The translations under genes were made by a program, and so were the position numbers. Under the pieces are notes generated by a model, which was not told the origin of the DNA, searched no databases, and saw nothing but the letters and a program-made list of their open reading frames with translations. A stretch of 64,000 nucleotides of DNA from Gammaproteobacteria bacterium UBA5109 (GTDB lineage: Bacteria > Pseudomonadota > Gammaproteobacteria > Pseudomonadales > Pseudohongiellaceae), in contig DHZH01000002.1 in the NCBI GenBank assembly GCA_002414385.1, forward strand, positions 406,914 through 470,913, written 5' to 3'. How positions within the stretch are numbered: position 1 is the first letter of the stretch; each line of letters starts with the position of its first letter. Below, in pieces: positions 47,820 to 56,970 of the stretch.

Positions 47820-47881
47820 GCTATAGCTCTTGGCATTGTCTGTTTCCGGTGCTATAGCTGTTGGCATTGTCTGTTTCCGGT
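47820..47881. repeat. Tandem direct repeat, 2 x 31 bp with one mismatch
   Basis: GCTATAGCTcTTGGCATTGTCTGTTTCCGGT (47820..47850) is immediately followed by GCTATAGCTgTTGGCATTGTCTGTTTCCGGT (47851..47881). It lies in the divergent korA / dsbA-like intergenic region. Confidence 0.9.
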
Positions 47882-47928
47882 ACAATTAACCAGGGTTCTT
47901 TCAGGCAACACAGGCGGATGACACGCAA

Positions 47929-48624
47929 ATGACAAAAAGCTCAGACAAGAAAGCAAGACGTGAAGCAAAGAAACAACAGGCCAAACGCCGCGAGAGAGTG
48001 CAGCAACTGTTGTTCAGGGCGGCAATTGTAGTCATTGTGCCAATTGCCCTGTTTGTGTTTTATCAGGGAATTTTTGGCGGCGCACCGGTGTATCCGCCGG
48101 AACAGGTATCCGCCAGTGATCATGTACTTGGACCGGATAATGCCGCACTTACCCTTACAGTTTATGGGGACTTTCAGTGTCCTAACTGTGCCACCGAAGC
48201 AATGGTTATTTCCCAGGCCTGGCCACGCATCAGTAATCGGGTGCAACTGGTTTTCAGACATTTTCCACTGGATACCTATCCACACTCTTTCGAAGCTGCC
48301 CGTTTTGCCGAAGCCGCAGGACGCCAGGGCATGTTCTGGGAATTTTATAATCTGCTATACGGTGACCAGGCTTCCTGGTCGGGACTGCCTGATGCCACTG
48401 CGGCCTTTGAAGATTATGCCGAGCAACTTGGCCTGGACCTTGAACAGCTCAGGGCCGATGCCGCTTTACCGGAAGTGCGCGAAAAAATTCTTGCCGACCA
48501 GCGCGGCGGAATCAGGGCAGGGGTACGGGGAACGCCAACCATGTATTTTAATGGTGAAATTATGCCCAATCCGCGAACAGCGATTGAGTTGACCGGAATG
48601 ATAAACGAATTTTTAGCAGAATAA
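47929..48624 (+). CDS. DsbA-family thioredoxin-fold protein, membrane-anchored
   Basis: 231 aa with a Lys/Arg-rich N-terminus, one TM, and the redox motif FQCPNC. Confidence 0.75.
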   Translation: MTKSSDKKARREAKKQQAKRRERVQQLLFRAAIVVIVPIALFVFYQGIFGGAPVYPPEQVSASDHVLGPDNAALTLTVYGDFQCPNCATEAMVISQAWPRISNRVQLVFRHFPLDTYPHSFEAARFAEAAGRQGMFWEFYNLLYGDQASWSGLPDATAAFEDYAEQLGLDLEQLRADAALPEVREKILADQRGGIRAGVRGTPTMYFNGEIMPNPRTAIELTGMINEFLAE

Positions 48625-48705
48625 GCCTGCAAGGTATAAGCGCTGCTTCGCTCATGACGGCTTAATTTTGTAAAAAGAATAATCGACCCTTGTATGCTTC
48701 GTTCC

Positions 48706-49125
48706 CTAGCTACTCAGGTTTCGTTGTTCGGGGATATCACTAAGGTACTCAACAAATTCCACTTCAAAGCCTGCCGGATCTTCAAAATAAACGTTTTTGC
48801 GCCAGGGCTCCTGAGCGCCGTCCTTGGAGATACTGAAACCTGCCTTCTCTAGTCTGCTGATCAGTTCGTCCAGGTTGCTGGTGCTAAAAGCAAAATGAGC
48901 CAGGCCAATTTGATGGCCTTCCAGCTTGCGGTTTTCTCCTTCTCCGTGATCATTGAAGGTCAGATATTGAAATTCATCACCAAAATGCAGCCATTTTCGG
49001 GGTTTGCCGTACCAGTCCCCCTCTCCGGTGGCTCTTACATGCCAGTGCGGAAATGCTGCCTGATAGAACGCAAGGACTGCAGGAATGTCACTTACAACCA
49101 GATTAATATGTTCAATTTTTATCAT
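48706..49125 (-). CDS. VOC/glyoxalase-bleomycin-resistance family protein, probable SoxR target
   Basis: 139 aa. IEHINLVVSD ... GLAHFAF ... FEDPAGFEVEF is typical of the VOC fold. It is divergent from soxR, with a SoxR box in its promoter. Confidence 0.8.
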   Translation of the reverse strand: MIKIEHINLVVSDIPAVLAFYQAAFPHWHVRATGEGDWYGKPRKWLHFGDEFQYLTFNDHGEGENRKLEGHQIGLAHFAFSTSNLDELISRLEKAGFSISKDGAQEPWRKNVYFEDPAGFEVEFVEYLSDIPEQRNLSS

Positions 49126-49162
49126 TTTCAGCTCCTCACAAGAATTTAGTCGGCATCTTAAT

Positions 49163-49182
49163 ACCTCAAGTTAACTTGAGGT
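49163..49182. promoter_or_regulatory. SoxR operator embedded in a long-spacer promoter facing the VOC gene
   Basis: The perfect palindrome ACCTCAAGTTAACTTGAGGT is essentially the sequence I recall for the E. coli soxS SoxR box (CCTCAAGTTAACTTGAGG). On the minus strand it reads cTTTACCTCAAGTTAACTTGAGGTATTAAg, with -35-like and -10-like elements flanking the palindrome. Confidence 0.8.
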
Positions 49183-49223
49183 AAAGCTTTTTATAAAATA
49201 TTATTGGATTTTTTTGGGCGATT

Positions 49224-49691
49224 ATGGCCGATTCAGTCTGGACGGTAGGTAAAGTTGCCAAACGTTGCGGCGTTAAGGTAAGCACTCTGCATTTTTATGA
49301 AAGCAAAGGCCTGATACACAGTACGCGTAGTAGTGGAAATCAACGTCTGTATAAGTCAGATGTCTTACGCAGGGTGTCTGTGATCAAAGCGGCGCAAAAG
49401 ATGGGAATAAGTTTGGCTTCAATCAGTGAAGCTTTTTCCACACTGCCTGACCGAAGAACACCAACACAAAAAGACTGGCAGAAGTTATCGTCAAAGTGGC
49501 AGGCTGAATTAAATGAACGTATAGGTTATCTGGAGAAACTGAGGGATTTGTTAACCGGATGTATCGGCTGTGGATGTTTATCGATGAAGAACTGCCCTAT
49601 TTACAATGCTGATGACAAGTTAAATACCGAGGGCTCAGGAGGGGTCCTACTGGAAAAACAATTTACAGGAAGAAAATCAGATAGACTTTAG
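49224..49691 (+). CDS. soxR: Redox-sensitive MerR-family activator SoxR
   Basis: 155 aa. N-terminal MerR HTH (VGKVAKRCGVKVSTLHFYESKGL) and the [2Fe-2S] ligand motif CIGCGCLSMKNCP. Confidence 0.88.
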   Translation: MADSVWTVGKVAKRCGVKVSTLHFYESKGLIHSTRSSGNQRLYKSDVLRRVSVIKAAQKMGISLASISEAFSTLPDRRTPTQKDWQKLSSKWQAELNERIGYLEKLRDLLTGCIGCGCLSMKNCPIYNADDKLNTEGSGGVLLEKQFTGRKSDRL

Positions 49692-49750
49692 CCTGGCCTG
49701 AATCTGACAGAGCTAAATTATTGTCTGAGGTGAGCGCAGCAGGGTTATTA

Positions 49751-50980
49751 TTATTCAGAAGTGGCGAGCACTCGCAGAGTGGTCAGCAATTCATAGGAAG
49801 CATAACCATCCGTTGGCATGCCGTTGGCGTCCTGAAAATCTCTTACTGCGGCACGGGTTCTTGAACCCAGAATGCCGTCGGGCTCACCAACGTCATATCC
49901 CAGAGCAGCAAGAATTTCCTGTAACTCGATGACTTCATCGCGTCTTAATGCGCGCTCATCAGTTTCCGGCCAGTGCTGAATTGGTCCGCCGCCAACAAAA
50001 CGGTCAGCCAGATGGCCAACTGAAATGGCGTAGTAGGTAGAGCGATTCCAGATCATGGTAGTTCGGAAATTATTGTAGGTAAGAAAGACCGGTCCAGTGG
50101 CGCCGGCAGGAAGCATGACTGAAGCCTGTAAATCAGCATTTCCCAGAGGACTGCCGTCAGCTCTGCGGACACCCAGTCGGTTCCATTCAGTGACGGTTTT
50201 TCTGACATTATTGCCAGTTTGCGTGTAGTCAAATCCATCCGGAAGAATAATTTCCCGGCCCCAGCGTTCGGTCGCATTCCAGCCGGATTCCGATAAAAAG
50301 TTGGCTGCTGAAGCAAAAATATCCGGTAGTGAGTTCCAGATATCAATGCGCCCGTCTCCGTCTCCATCAACTGCGTAACGGTCAAAGGTTGAGGGCATGA
50401 ACTGGCATTGCCCCATGGCACCTGCCCAGGATCCTGACATGTCGTCAATACCGATATGCCCCTCGTCCAGAATTTTCAGTGCAGTAAGTAGCTCACGACG
50501 GAAAAAACCACTGCGGCGGGGGTCATAAGCCAGAGTCGCCAGAGCATTGATTACTGAAAAGCCACCGGTGTAATCACCAAAATTGCTTTCCAGCGCCCAG
50601 AAAGACACCAGGTAATGAGGCTGAACACCATATTCATTGTAGATTCGGGTAAACAGTTCGCTGTGTTCTTCCAGCAGTGAACGGCCACGATCAATACGCC
50701 CCTGGCTGAGGCGGTTGTTCATGTAATCGGCGAAGGTCTGGACAAATTCCGGCTGACTGCGGTCAAGTTCGATAACCCGGGGTGTTGGTTCTTCAACGGT
50801 AGCCAGTGCCGCATCAACTATTTCGGGACGAATACCACTGGCAATTGCTTCGGCACGAAGTTCTTCCAGCCATTCAGCAAATGGTTGCTGTTCGGGCTCC
50901 TGTGCCTGACTGCACAGACTGAAAGTCAGCAATAAAACTGCCGGGAAAAGCCTGGATAATCCATGAAATATGTTGTGCAT
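49751..50980 (-). CDS. Lytic murein transglycosylase (MltB/Slt35-like) with a C-terminal peptidoglycan-binding domain
   Basis: I prefer the start MHNIFHGLSRLFPAVLLLTFSLCSQA at 50980, just after the response-regulator stop. Motifs include ALESNFG, GAMGQCQFMPSTF, and the PG_binding_1-like tail ILAALGYDVGEPDGILGSRTRAAVRDFQ. Confidence 0.82.
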   Translation of the reverse strand: MHNIFHGLSRLFPAVLLLTFSLCSQAQEPEQQPFAEWLEELRAEAIASGIRPEIVDAALATVEEPTPRVIELDRSQPEFVQTFADYMNNRLSQGRIDRGRSLLEEHSELFTRIYNEYGVQPHYLVSFWALESNFGDYTGGFSVINALATLAYDPRRSGFFRRELLTALKILDEGHIGIDDMSGSWAGAMGQCQFMPSTFDRYAVDGDGDGRIDIWNSLPDIFASAANFLSESGWNATERWGREIILPDGFDYTQTGNNVRKTVTEWNRLGVRRADGSPLGNADLQASVMLPAGATGPVFLTYNNFRTTMIWNRSTYYAISVGHLADRFVGGGPIQHWPETDERALRRDEVIELQEILAALGYDVGEPDGILGSRTRAAVRDFQDANGMPTDGYASYELLTTLRVLATSE

Positions 50981-50981
50981 T

Positions 50982-51653
50982 TTAGCTCCACTCAAATTTA
51001 TAACCGACTGCATACAATGAGTGTATCAGTTCAACATCAGGTAACTGTACCGCAATTTTTTTACGCAATTTCTTGATGTGGCTGTCGATTGTACGATCAC
51101 TGACAACTCGGCCATCGCTATAAATTTTGTCAACCAGCACTGCACGTGAAAAAATTCGGCCGGGCTGGTCGGACAGCACTTTCAACAACTGGAATTCAAC
51201 AGCCGTCAGATCAAGGTCATTACCGTTGATAGTGGCCTTGTAGGTATCGGTATCAAGTTTCAGGCCTTTTTCTTCAAGTCTTTCCGGGCTTTCGCTGCGG
51301 CGCAGTACGGCTTTGACACGGGCCACAACTTCACGGGGGCTGAACGGTTTGCAGATGATATAGTCATCCGCTCCCAGTTCGAGGCCAAGCAGGCGGTCGA
51401 TTTCTTCGACCTTGGCAGTGACCATAATGATCGGAAGGCTGGAATTTCGACGAATTTCCTTGCAGATATCCATACCGCCAATGCCTGGCAACATCAGATC
51501 CAGCAGCACCAGATCCGGTTTATTCTGCTCAAGCCAGGGCATGACTTCGTCACCATGATTCAACATGGTCGATTTAAAACAGTTACGTTCCAGGTAATCT
51601 TTAAGCAGGGTTGCCAGTTTTACTTCATCTTCAACTATCAAGATATGCTGCAT
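50982..51653 (-). CDS. OmpR-family response regulator
   Basis: 223 aa. Receiver motifs are ILIVEDE and DLVLLDLMLPG. The winged-helix C-terminus reads TIDSHIKKLRKKI...IHSLYAVGYKF. Confidence 0.9.
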   Translation of the reverse strand: MQHILIVEDEVKLATLLKDYLERNCFKSTMLNHGDEVMPWLEQNKPDLVLLDLMLPGIGGMDICKEIRRNSSLPIIMVTAKVEEIDRLLGLELGADDYIICKPFSPREVVARVKAVLRRSESPERLEEKGLKLDTDTYKATINGNDLDLTAVEFQLLKVLSDQPGRIFSRAVLVDKIYSDGRVVSDRTIDSHIKKLRKKIAVQLPDVELIHSLYAVGYKFEWS

Positions 51654-51712
51654 AATGCTATTCCAAACTGTAAGCTAGCGGCCAGTGTAAGTCCTGATTC
51701 ATTACTGAGCAA

Positions 51713-53239
51713 CTAGCGCTGACAACGCGGAAGTCTGATTACCAGGCTCAAGCCGCCTATATCAGAATTTTCGGCCTTGATTGAACCTTCATGGGCTTCG
51801 ACAATATTTTTGCAAATAGCCAGACCCAGGCCGGAACCACCTTCCTTGCGGTTTCGTGATGCTTCAATTCTGTAAAGGCGGGTAAACAGTTTTTCCAGAT
51901 CCTCCGAAGCAACTCCGGGTTCGGAATCACACCAGCGAATGATGACTTCATCTGCCGTTTCCTCAATCTGGATTTTTAACCTGCCACCATCATTGGTGTA
52001 GCGACAGGTGTTCTGCAGCAGATTATCAAACAGTTGCTTGAGGCGTTTAGGGTCGCCGAATACCATGATCTGGTTTTTATCCTTGAAGCTGCTGACATGA
52101 CGGGAGACTTTAATGTCATGCTGTTTAATCAGGTTCTGGTACATCTCCATGGACTGATCTATCACGGACAGCAGATCAACCCGTTCCTTTTCATAAACCA
52201 GTGCTCCAAGGTCAGACATCGACAGTTCATGCAGGTCATTGACCAGGGTATTCAGATGTACAACTTCCTGATGCCAGGAATTCAGGCTTTCCGGATTCAG
52301 CGGACGGATTCCGTCCTGGGCAGCTTCCAGTTCGCCGCGCAGAATAGCCAGGGGAGTTCTCAGCTCATGAGAAATATCGGCAATCCACTGCCGCCGTGCA
52401 GTCTGGTTCTGGTCAAGTGTCAGTGCCAGGGTATTGAAGTCCTGGGAGAGCTGGCTGAGTTCATCCGAGCCGCGAATCTTGATCCGGGAATTGTAGTCTC
52501 CAGCGGTAAGTGAGCGTGTACCTCTGACCAGATCCTGAATTGGCCTGACCAGATAGCTGGATGCCGGCAGGGCAATCAGGGCTGAAATAGCGACCAGTAC
52601 GATACCAAAAATAAAAAAGGAACTTGTCTGTGATTGCACAAAAAGCTGGTCGGCCCGTTCCGATAGCTCCTGGCGGCTGGTGACCGCGAGATAACCGACT
52701 GTCTGGTCATTAACAATAATCGGATTCAGGTCTGCCAGCGGCAGGGCTTCCTGGTCACCGAAAATAATTTCCTGATTGGAATCCAGTAGCAGCAGATGAG
52801 GCCGGGCAGGGCTGTATTCTGAAGAAAAATACCAGTCATCTTCAGCGACCAGGGGAGGCGGTCGCCGGAAAGCGTCCAGCGCGCTCGGGTCGTTGGTCAG
52901 AATGTTGCGGTCTTCCAGTGCAGACTGAATCAGCCGGTTATTAGTGACCTGTCCCAATTCCAGAACCTCGCCGGAAGCCTGCGAGCGAGCCACACTGTCG
53001 CGGATAATAATGTTCCAGAGACTGACATTACCCCGTAACAGGTCCCAGCCGTCACGATTGGCATACCAGCGCTCAAGGCCGTCAATCAGTGCCGGAATCT
53101 GCTGTTCTTCAATTCGGCTGATATAGTCGATAAAGCCATTGTTAAACTGCGCCCGGCCAATACTGTACATCGACGCATATACAATAATATGCGCAGACAG
53201 AATCGCCAGCAGCAATTTGTATTTAATCTTTAAACCCAT
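51713..53239 (-). CDS. Sensor histidine kinase (periplasmic sensor, HAMP, HisKA, HATPase_c), BaeS/CpxA-like
   Basis: 508 aa with two TMs flanking a ~170-aa periplasmic domain. The H-box is ADISHELRTPLA, with N/G boxes (LLQNTCRYT, GGSGLGLAICK). Confidence 0.88.
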   Translation of the reverse strand: MGLKIKYKLLLAILSAHIIVYASMYSIGRAQFNNGFIDYISRIEEQQIPALIDGLERWYANRDGWDLLRGNVSLWNIIIRDSVARSQASGEVLELGQVTNNRLIQSALEDRNILTNDPSALDAFRRPPPLVAEDDWYFSSEYSPARPHLLLLDSNQEIIFGDQEALPLADLNPIIVNDQTVGYLAVTSRQELSERADQLFVQSQTSSFFIFGIVLVAISALIALPASSYLVRPIQDLVRGTRSLTAGDYNSRIKIRGSDELSQLSQDFNTLALTLDQNQTARRQWIADISHELRTPLAILRGELEAAQDGIRPLNPESLNSWHQEVVHLNTLVNDLHELSMSDLGALVYEKERVDLLSVIDQSMEMYQNLIKQHDIKVSRHVSSFKDKNQIMVFGDPKRLKQLFDNLLQNTCRYTNDGGRLKIQIEETADEVIIRWCDSEPGVASEDLEKLFTRLYRIEASRNRKEGGSGLGLAICKNIVEAHEGSIKAENSDIGGLSLVIRLPRCQR

Positions 53240-53507
53240 GAATTTTAACTATCCCGCTTTTCTAAGCCATAACTATACGCATGCCGGCAAAAATTCGGGC
53301 TCGCTTTTTATTATATATGCTTGAATTCCTTAATATTTGCACAATAATCCGGCATCCGGGTAAAAGCATCCAGCGCATCCTTGGAATAGTACCAATGCGG
53401 CACGCTATGCTAAGCTAGCTCCGACAGGGTAGCAGAGTACCATTATCCGGGTCTTTGACGGTATCGAATGTCTCTTGTAGGTCAGTATCAGTTGCAAGGA
53501 GCAATAG

Positions 53508-54635
53508 TTGAAGATTAAAGAATCTAATGCGGCAGTTGATGAGTTCGATGTCGAGCAAATTGAGCTGAAGGGTTTCGCCCGTAGCATTGCTGAAATCGAG
53601 TGGCTGCTGCTGCTTCTGGTATTGCTTTACTATATTTCCCCGGATGCGCAGGTTGCCAGTCCGGCAGGTCTGTTGATCTGCATGGAGGTCTTCGGCGCCT
53701 TCATTCTCGGTTTTCACTATGTAAATTTCAATCTGCCCCATTTCAAGTGGAAGCTGACTATAGAAACCTGGGTCATGATTCTGTTCATCACCCTGGTGGT
53801 CTGGAATACAGGCAGCACTGAAAGTCCCTTGCTAAACCTGTATCTGCTGGTCATCATTTCAAGCTCCATCACCTTGGGCAAGGCAGTCACGGTTGCCGAA
53901 ATTGTCATTATTTCACTGGTGTATTTCTTTCTGGCATCACGCACGGGGCTGGATTATTCACTGGTTGCCTACACAGAGTTCCTGGTGTTTTTCCTGCCCT
54001 TCATGCTGGTGGCCTACATCACGACCATGCTGGCGGCAGACGTAAATTACGGCAAGGAAATGTTTAAGGTACTTTCCGAGACTGATGAGATGACCGGCTT
54101 GCTGAACAAGCGCTCATTCAGTCCCATGCTGAATAAGGCCACTGAAGTTGCTGTGCAATATTCCCAGCCCCTGTCCATCATGATGATTGATGCGGATAAC
54201 CTGAAAACAGTGAATGACACCCACGGGCATAAGGCCGGCGACAAGCTGATAGAAACCATTGCCGGCGCAATCCGTGATTGCCTGCGAACCTCAGATATAA
54301 CCTGTCGTTACGGCGGAGATGAATTTGTTGCCTTGTTGCCTCATCTGCCTTCCAAAAAAGCCAGGGAAACAGCAGAGCGTTTGCGCAGTGCTGTGGAAAG
54401 CACCTCTTTTGACGTGGACGGCGTGAGGATCAGCACCACGGTCAGTGTTGGGGTTGCCAGTTACCCTGATGAAGTCAAGATCGCGGATGAATTGATGGAA
54501 AAAGCCGATGAAGCACTATATAAAAGCAAGGCTTCAGGACGTAATTGTGTTATTACTTATTCCCAACTCAAGGAAGAAGCTAACAAGCCTGTAATTGAAC
54601 AGCGCCAGCCATTGGAACGCAGAACTTCAGAATAG
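53508..54635 (+). CDS. Membrane-bound diguanylate cyclase (GGDEF)
   Basis: 375 aa with a TTG start. The N-terminal half has ~5 TMs. The GGDEF domain has an intact active site RYGGDEF and DADNLKTVNDTHGH. Confidence 0.88.
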   Translation: MKIKESNAAVDEFDVEQIELKGFARSIAEIEWLLLLLVLLYYISPDAQVASPAGLLICMEVFGAFILGFHYVNFNLPHFKWKLTIETWVMILFITLVVWNTGSTESPLLNLYLLVIISSSITLGKAVTVAEIVIISLVYFFLASRTGLDYSLVAYTEFLVFFLPFMLVAYITTMLAADVNYGKEMFKVLSETDEMTGLLNKRSFSPMLNKATEVAVQYSQPLSIMMIDADNLKTVNDTHGHKAGDKLIETIAGAIRDCLRTSDITCRYGGDEFVALLPHLPSKKARETAERLRSAVESTSFDVDGVRISTTVSVGVASYPDEVKIADELMEKADEALYKSKASGRNCVITYSQLKEEANKPVIEQRQPLERRTSE

Positions 54636-54649
54636 TATTCCGGAAAACC

Positions 54650-55309
54650 ATGTCAGTTAAAAAAATCGACCAAGTTGCCAGCATTGAAAACCTGGTGAAA
54701 GCCTCACCCGGACCGAAATCCTCTGATGCCCGCCGTGCCGATGCTTCCAGAGACCATGTCGATGTCATCAACCAGATCTTCGCTGAATTTGAGCTGGCAT
54801 ATCACAACCAGTATCGCAAAGCCTATCCAGACGAAGCGGCGGTAAAACTGGGCAAGAAATACTGGCTGGAATGCCTGTCAGATTATCCAGCCACCCTGCT
54901 TCTGCAGGCGACACGTGAACTGGTCAAGACGCACAGCTATCTGCCGACCGTGGCTGATCTGGTCAATGTCTGTAAGCGCGGTGTACATTTGTTTGGCTTA
55001 CCCGAACCACGTCAGGCCTATCTTGAGGCCTGTCGTGCAGCATCACCCAAAGCTGCGCAAAAATGGAGTCATACAGCGGTCTATCTGGCCGGGAAAAATA
55101 CCGGCTGGTTTGAACTGGCCAATAAGCCGGAAGGCCAGATCTTTCCCCTGTTTGAATACAATTATTCACAGTTATGCCAGCGCGTGCTCGCCGGTGAAGA
55201 CCTGCATTACCAGCAAGACAAAGCGCTTTCGCAGGAAACTACCAGTCCTCTGAGTAATAAAGACAACCTGTCCCGGCTGGAAAAACTCCGCAAGGACCTG
55301 TTCTCTTAA
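54650..55309 (+). CDS. Lambda replication-protein-P-like protein (lone gene)
   Basis: 219 aa. By eye it aligns colinearly with phage lambda P as I recall it: VINQIFAEF vs IINGVFSQL, KKYWLECL vs RRQWVLAF, YLPTVADLVNVCKR vs FLPSPGQFVAWCRE, and GLPEPRQAYLEAC vs GLPNVSELVDMVYEYC. No search was run. Confidence 0.45.
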   Translation: MSVKKIDQVASIENLVKASPGPKSSDARRADASRDHVDVINQIFAEFELAYHNQYRKAYPDEAAVKLGKKYWLECLSDYPATLLLQATRELVKTHSYLPTVADLVNVCKRGVHLFGLPEPRQAYLEACRAASPKAAQKWSHTAVYLAGKNTGWFELANKPEGQIFPLFEYNYSQLCQRVLAGEDLHYQQDKALSQETTSPLSNKDNLSRLEKLRKDLFS

Positions 55310-56970
55310 GCCAGTTTTTTGTACCTGACCCGGGTTGGCTCCTCATCGCCTTTACGTTTTTTACGATCAGCTTCGTAATCACTGTAATTTCCCTCGTGAT
55401 AGACAACTTCACTGTCGCCTTCAAAAGCCAGAATATGCGTGGCTATCCGGTCAAGAAACCAGCGGTCATGGGAGACAATAATCACGGTGCCGGGAAAGGC
55501 CAGCAAGCCTTCCTCAAGTGCCCGCAGGGTTTCCACATCCAGATCATTGGTCGGTTCATCCAGCAAGAGCACATTGGCTCCGCGCTTCAGTAACTTGGCA
55601 AGATGCAGGCGGTTGCGCTCCCCGCCGGAAAGCTGCTTGACCAGTTTCTGCTGGTCGCCCCCCTTGAAATTGAAGCGGCTGACATAGGCTCTCGAGGCGA
55701 TTTCATAGTTACCGATTTGCAGTGTATCGAGGCCATCAGAGATTTCCTGCCATACTGTATTCTCATCTTTCAGCGCATCCCGGCTCTGGTCGACATAGGC
55801 CATATCAACAGTTTCACCGATTCGGATCGTGCCTGAATCAGGTTGTTCCTGACCCATCAGCATTTTCAGAAAAGTGGTTTTACCGGCGCCGTTACCACCG
55901 ATAATTCCGACGATACTGCCTCGCGGTATTTTCAGACTGAGATTATCGATCAGAGTTTTGTCATCAAAGCCTTTTGAAATACCGTCTACTTCAATCACCA
56001 GTTCCCCGAGGCGCGGACCGGGCGGAATATAGAGTTCCAGTGTTTCATTACGGTTCTGATACTCCTTCGACGACAGTTCTTCAAAACGCGCCAGACGTGC
56101 CTTGCTTTTTGCCTGTCTGCCTTTCGGGTTGGCACGTACCCATTCCAGCTCAGCCTTGATGGTTTTGGCCATGGAAACCTGCTGTTTTTCTTCCACTTCC
56201 AGGCGTTTTTCCTTGGCTTCCAGCCATTCGCTGTAATTACCTTCGTAAGGGATGCCGTGTCCGCGATCCAGTTCCAGTATCCAGCCGGCCGCATGGTCCA
56301 GAAAATAGCGATCATGGGTAATGGCAACCACAGTGCCGGGATATTCCTGCAGGAATTTTTCCAGCCAGGCAACCGAGGCGGCATCGAGATGGTTGGTCGG
56401 CTCATCCAGCAGGAGCATGTCAGGTTTGGATAGCAACAGCCGGCACAGGGCGACCCGGCGTTTTTCACCTCCGGACAGGGTATCCACTCTGGCATTCCAA
56501 GGCGGCAGGCGCAGCGCATCGGCTGCAATTTCCAGGGTGCGTTCGAGATCCCAGCCGTCACAGGCATCAATCTGGGTCTGTAATTCTCCCTGACGTTCAA
56601 GCAGGGCATTCATTTCTTCATCACTCATTGGTTCAGCAAACTTGTCGCTGATGCCGTTGAATTCATCAAGCAGATCCTTGATTTCGCGGATCCCGTCTTC
56701 AACATTGCCCCTGACGTCCTTGTCGGTATCCAGTTCCGGTTCCTGCGGCAGATATCCAACCTTGAGATCCGGCTGGGGGCGCGCTTCGCCCTGAATATCC
56801 TTATCGATACCGGCCATGATGCGCAACAAAGTGGATTTGCCAGCGCCATTCAGGCCCAGTACGCCGATTTTGGCGCCGGGGAAGAAAGACAGGGAGATAT
56901 CTTTGAGAATTTCACGTTTCGGTGGGACAATCTTTCCCACGCGGTTCATGGTAAATACATACTGTGCCAT
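55306..56970 (-). CDS. ettA: Energy-dependent translational throttle ABC-F ATPase
   Basis: 554 aa. The N-terminus MAQYVFTMNRVGKIVPPKREILKDISLSFFPGAKIGVLGLNGAGKSTLLRIMAG is typical of EttA. There are two ABC cassettes (LSGGEKRRVALCRLL, LSGGERNRLHLAKLL). Confidence 0.93.
   Translation of the reverse strand: MAQYVFTMNRVGKIVPPKREILKDISLSFFPGAKIGVLGLNGAGKSTLLRIMAGIDKDIQGEARPQPDLKVGYLPQEPELDTDKDVRGNVEDGIREIKDLLDEFNGISDKFAEPMSDEEMNALLERQGELQTQIDACDGWDLERTLEIAADALRLPPWNARVDTLSGGEKRRVALCRLLLSKPDMLLLDEPTNHLDAASVAWLEKFLQEYPGTVVAITHDRYFLDHAAGWILELDRGHGIPYEGNYSEWLEAKEKRLEVEEKQQVSMAKTIKAELEWVRANPKGRQAKSKARLARFEELSSKEYQNRNETLELYIPPGPRLGELVIEVDGISKGFDDKTLIDNLSLKIPRGSIVGIIGGNGAGKTTFLKMLMGQEQPDSGTIRIGETVDMAYVDQSRDALKDENTVWQEISDGLDTLQIGNYEIASRAYVSRFNFKGGDQQKLVKQLSGGERNRLHLAKLLKRGANVLLLDEPTNDLDVETLRALEEGLLAFPGTVIIVSHDRWFLDRIATHILAFEGDSEVVYHEGNYSDYEADRKKRKGDEEPTRVRYKKLA

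Noticed and set aside
47820-47881. Possible CRISPR array
   Set aside because: Only two directly abutting 31-bp copies are present, with no spacers and no cas genes anywhere in the window.
54650-55309. Prophage remnant around the lambda-P-like gene
   Set aside because: The flanking genes are a GGDEF cyclase and ettA. There are no other phage-like ORFs, att-like repeats or integrase, so only the single gene is reported.
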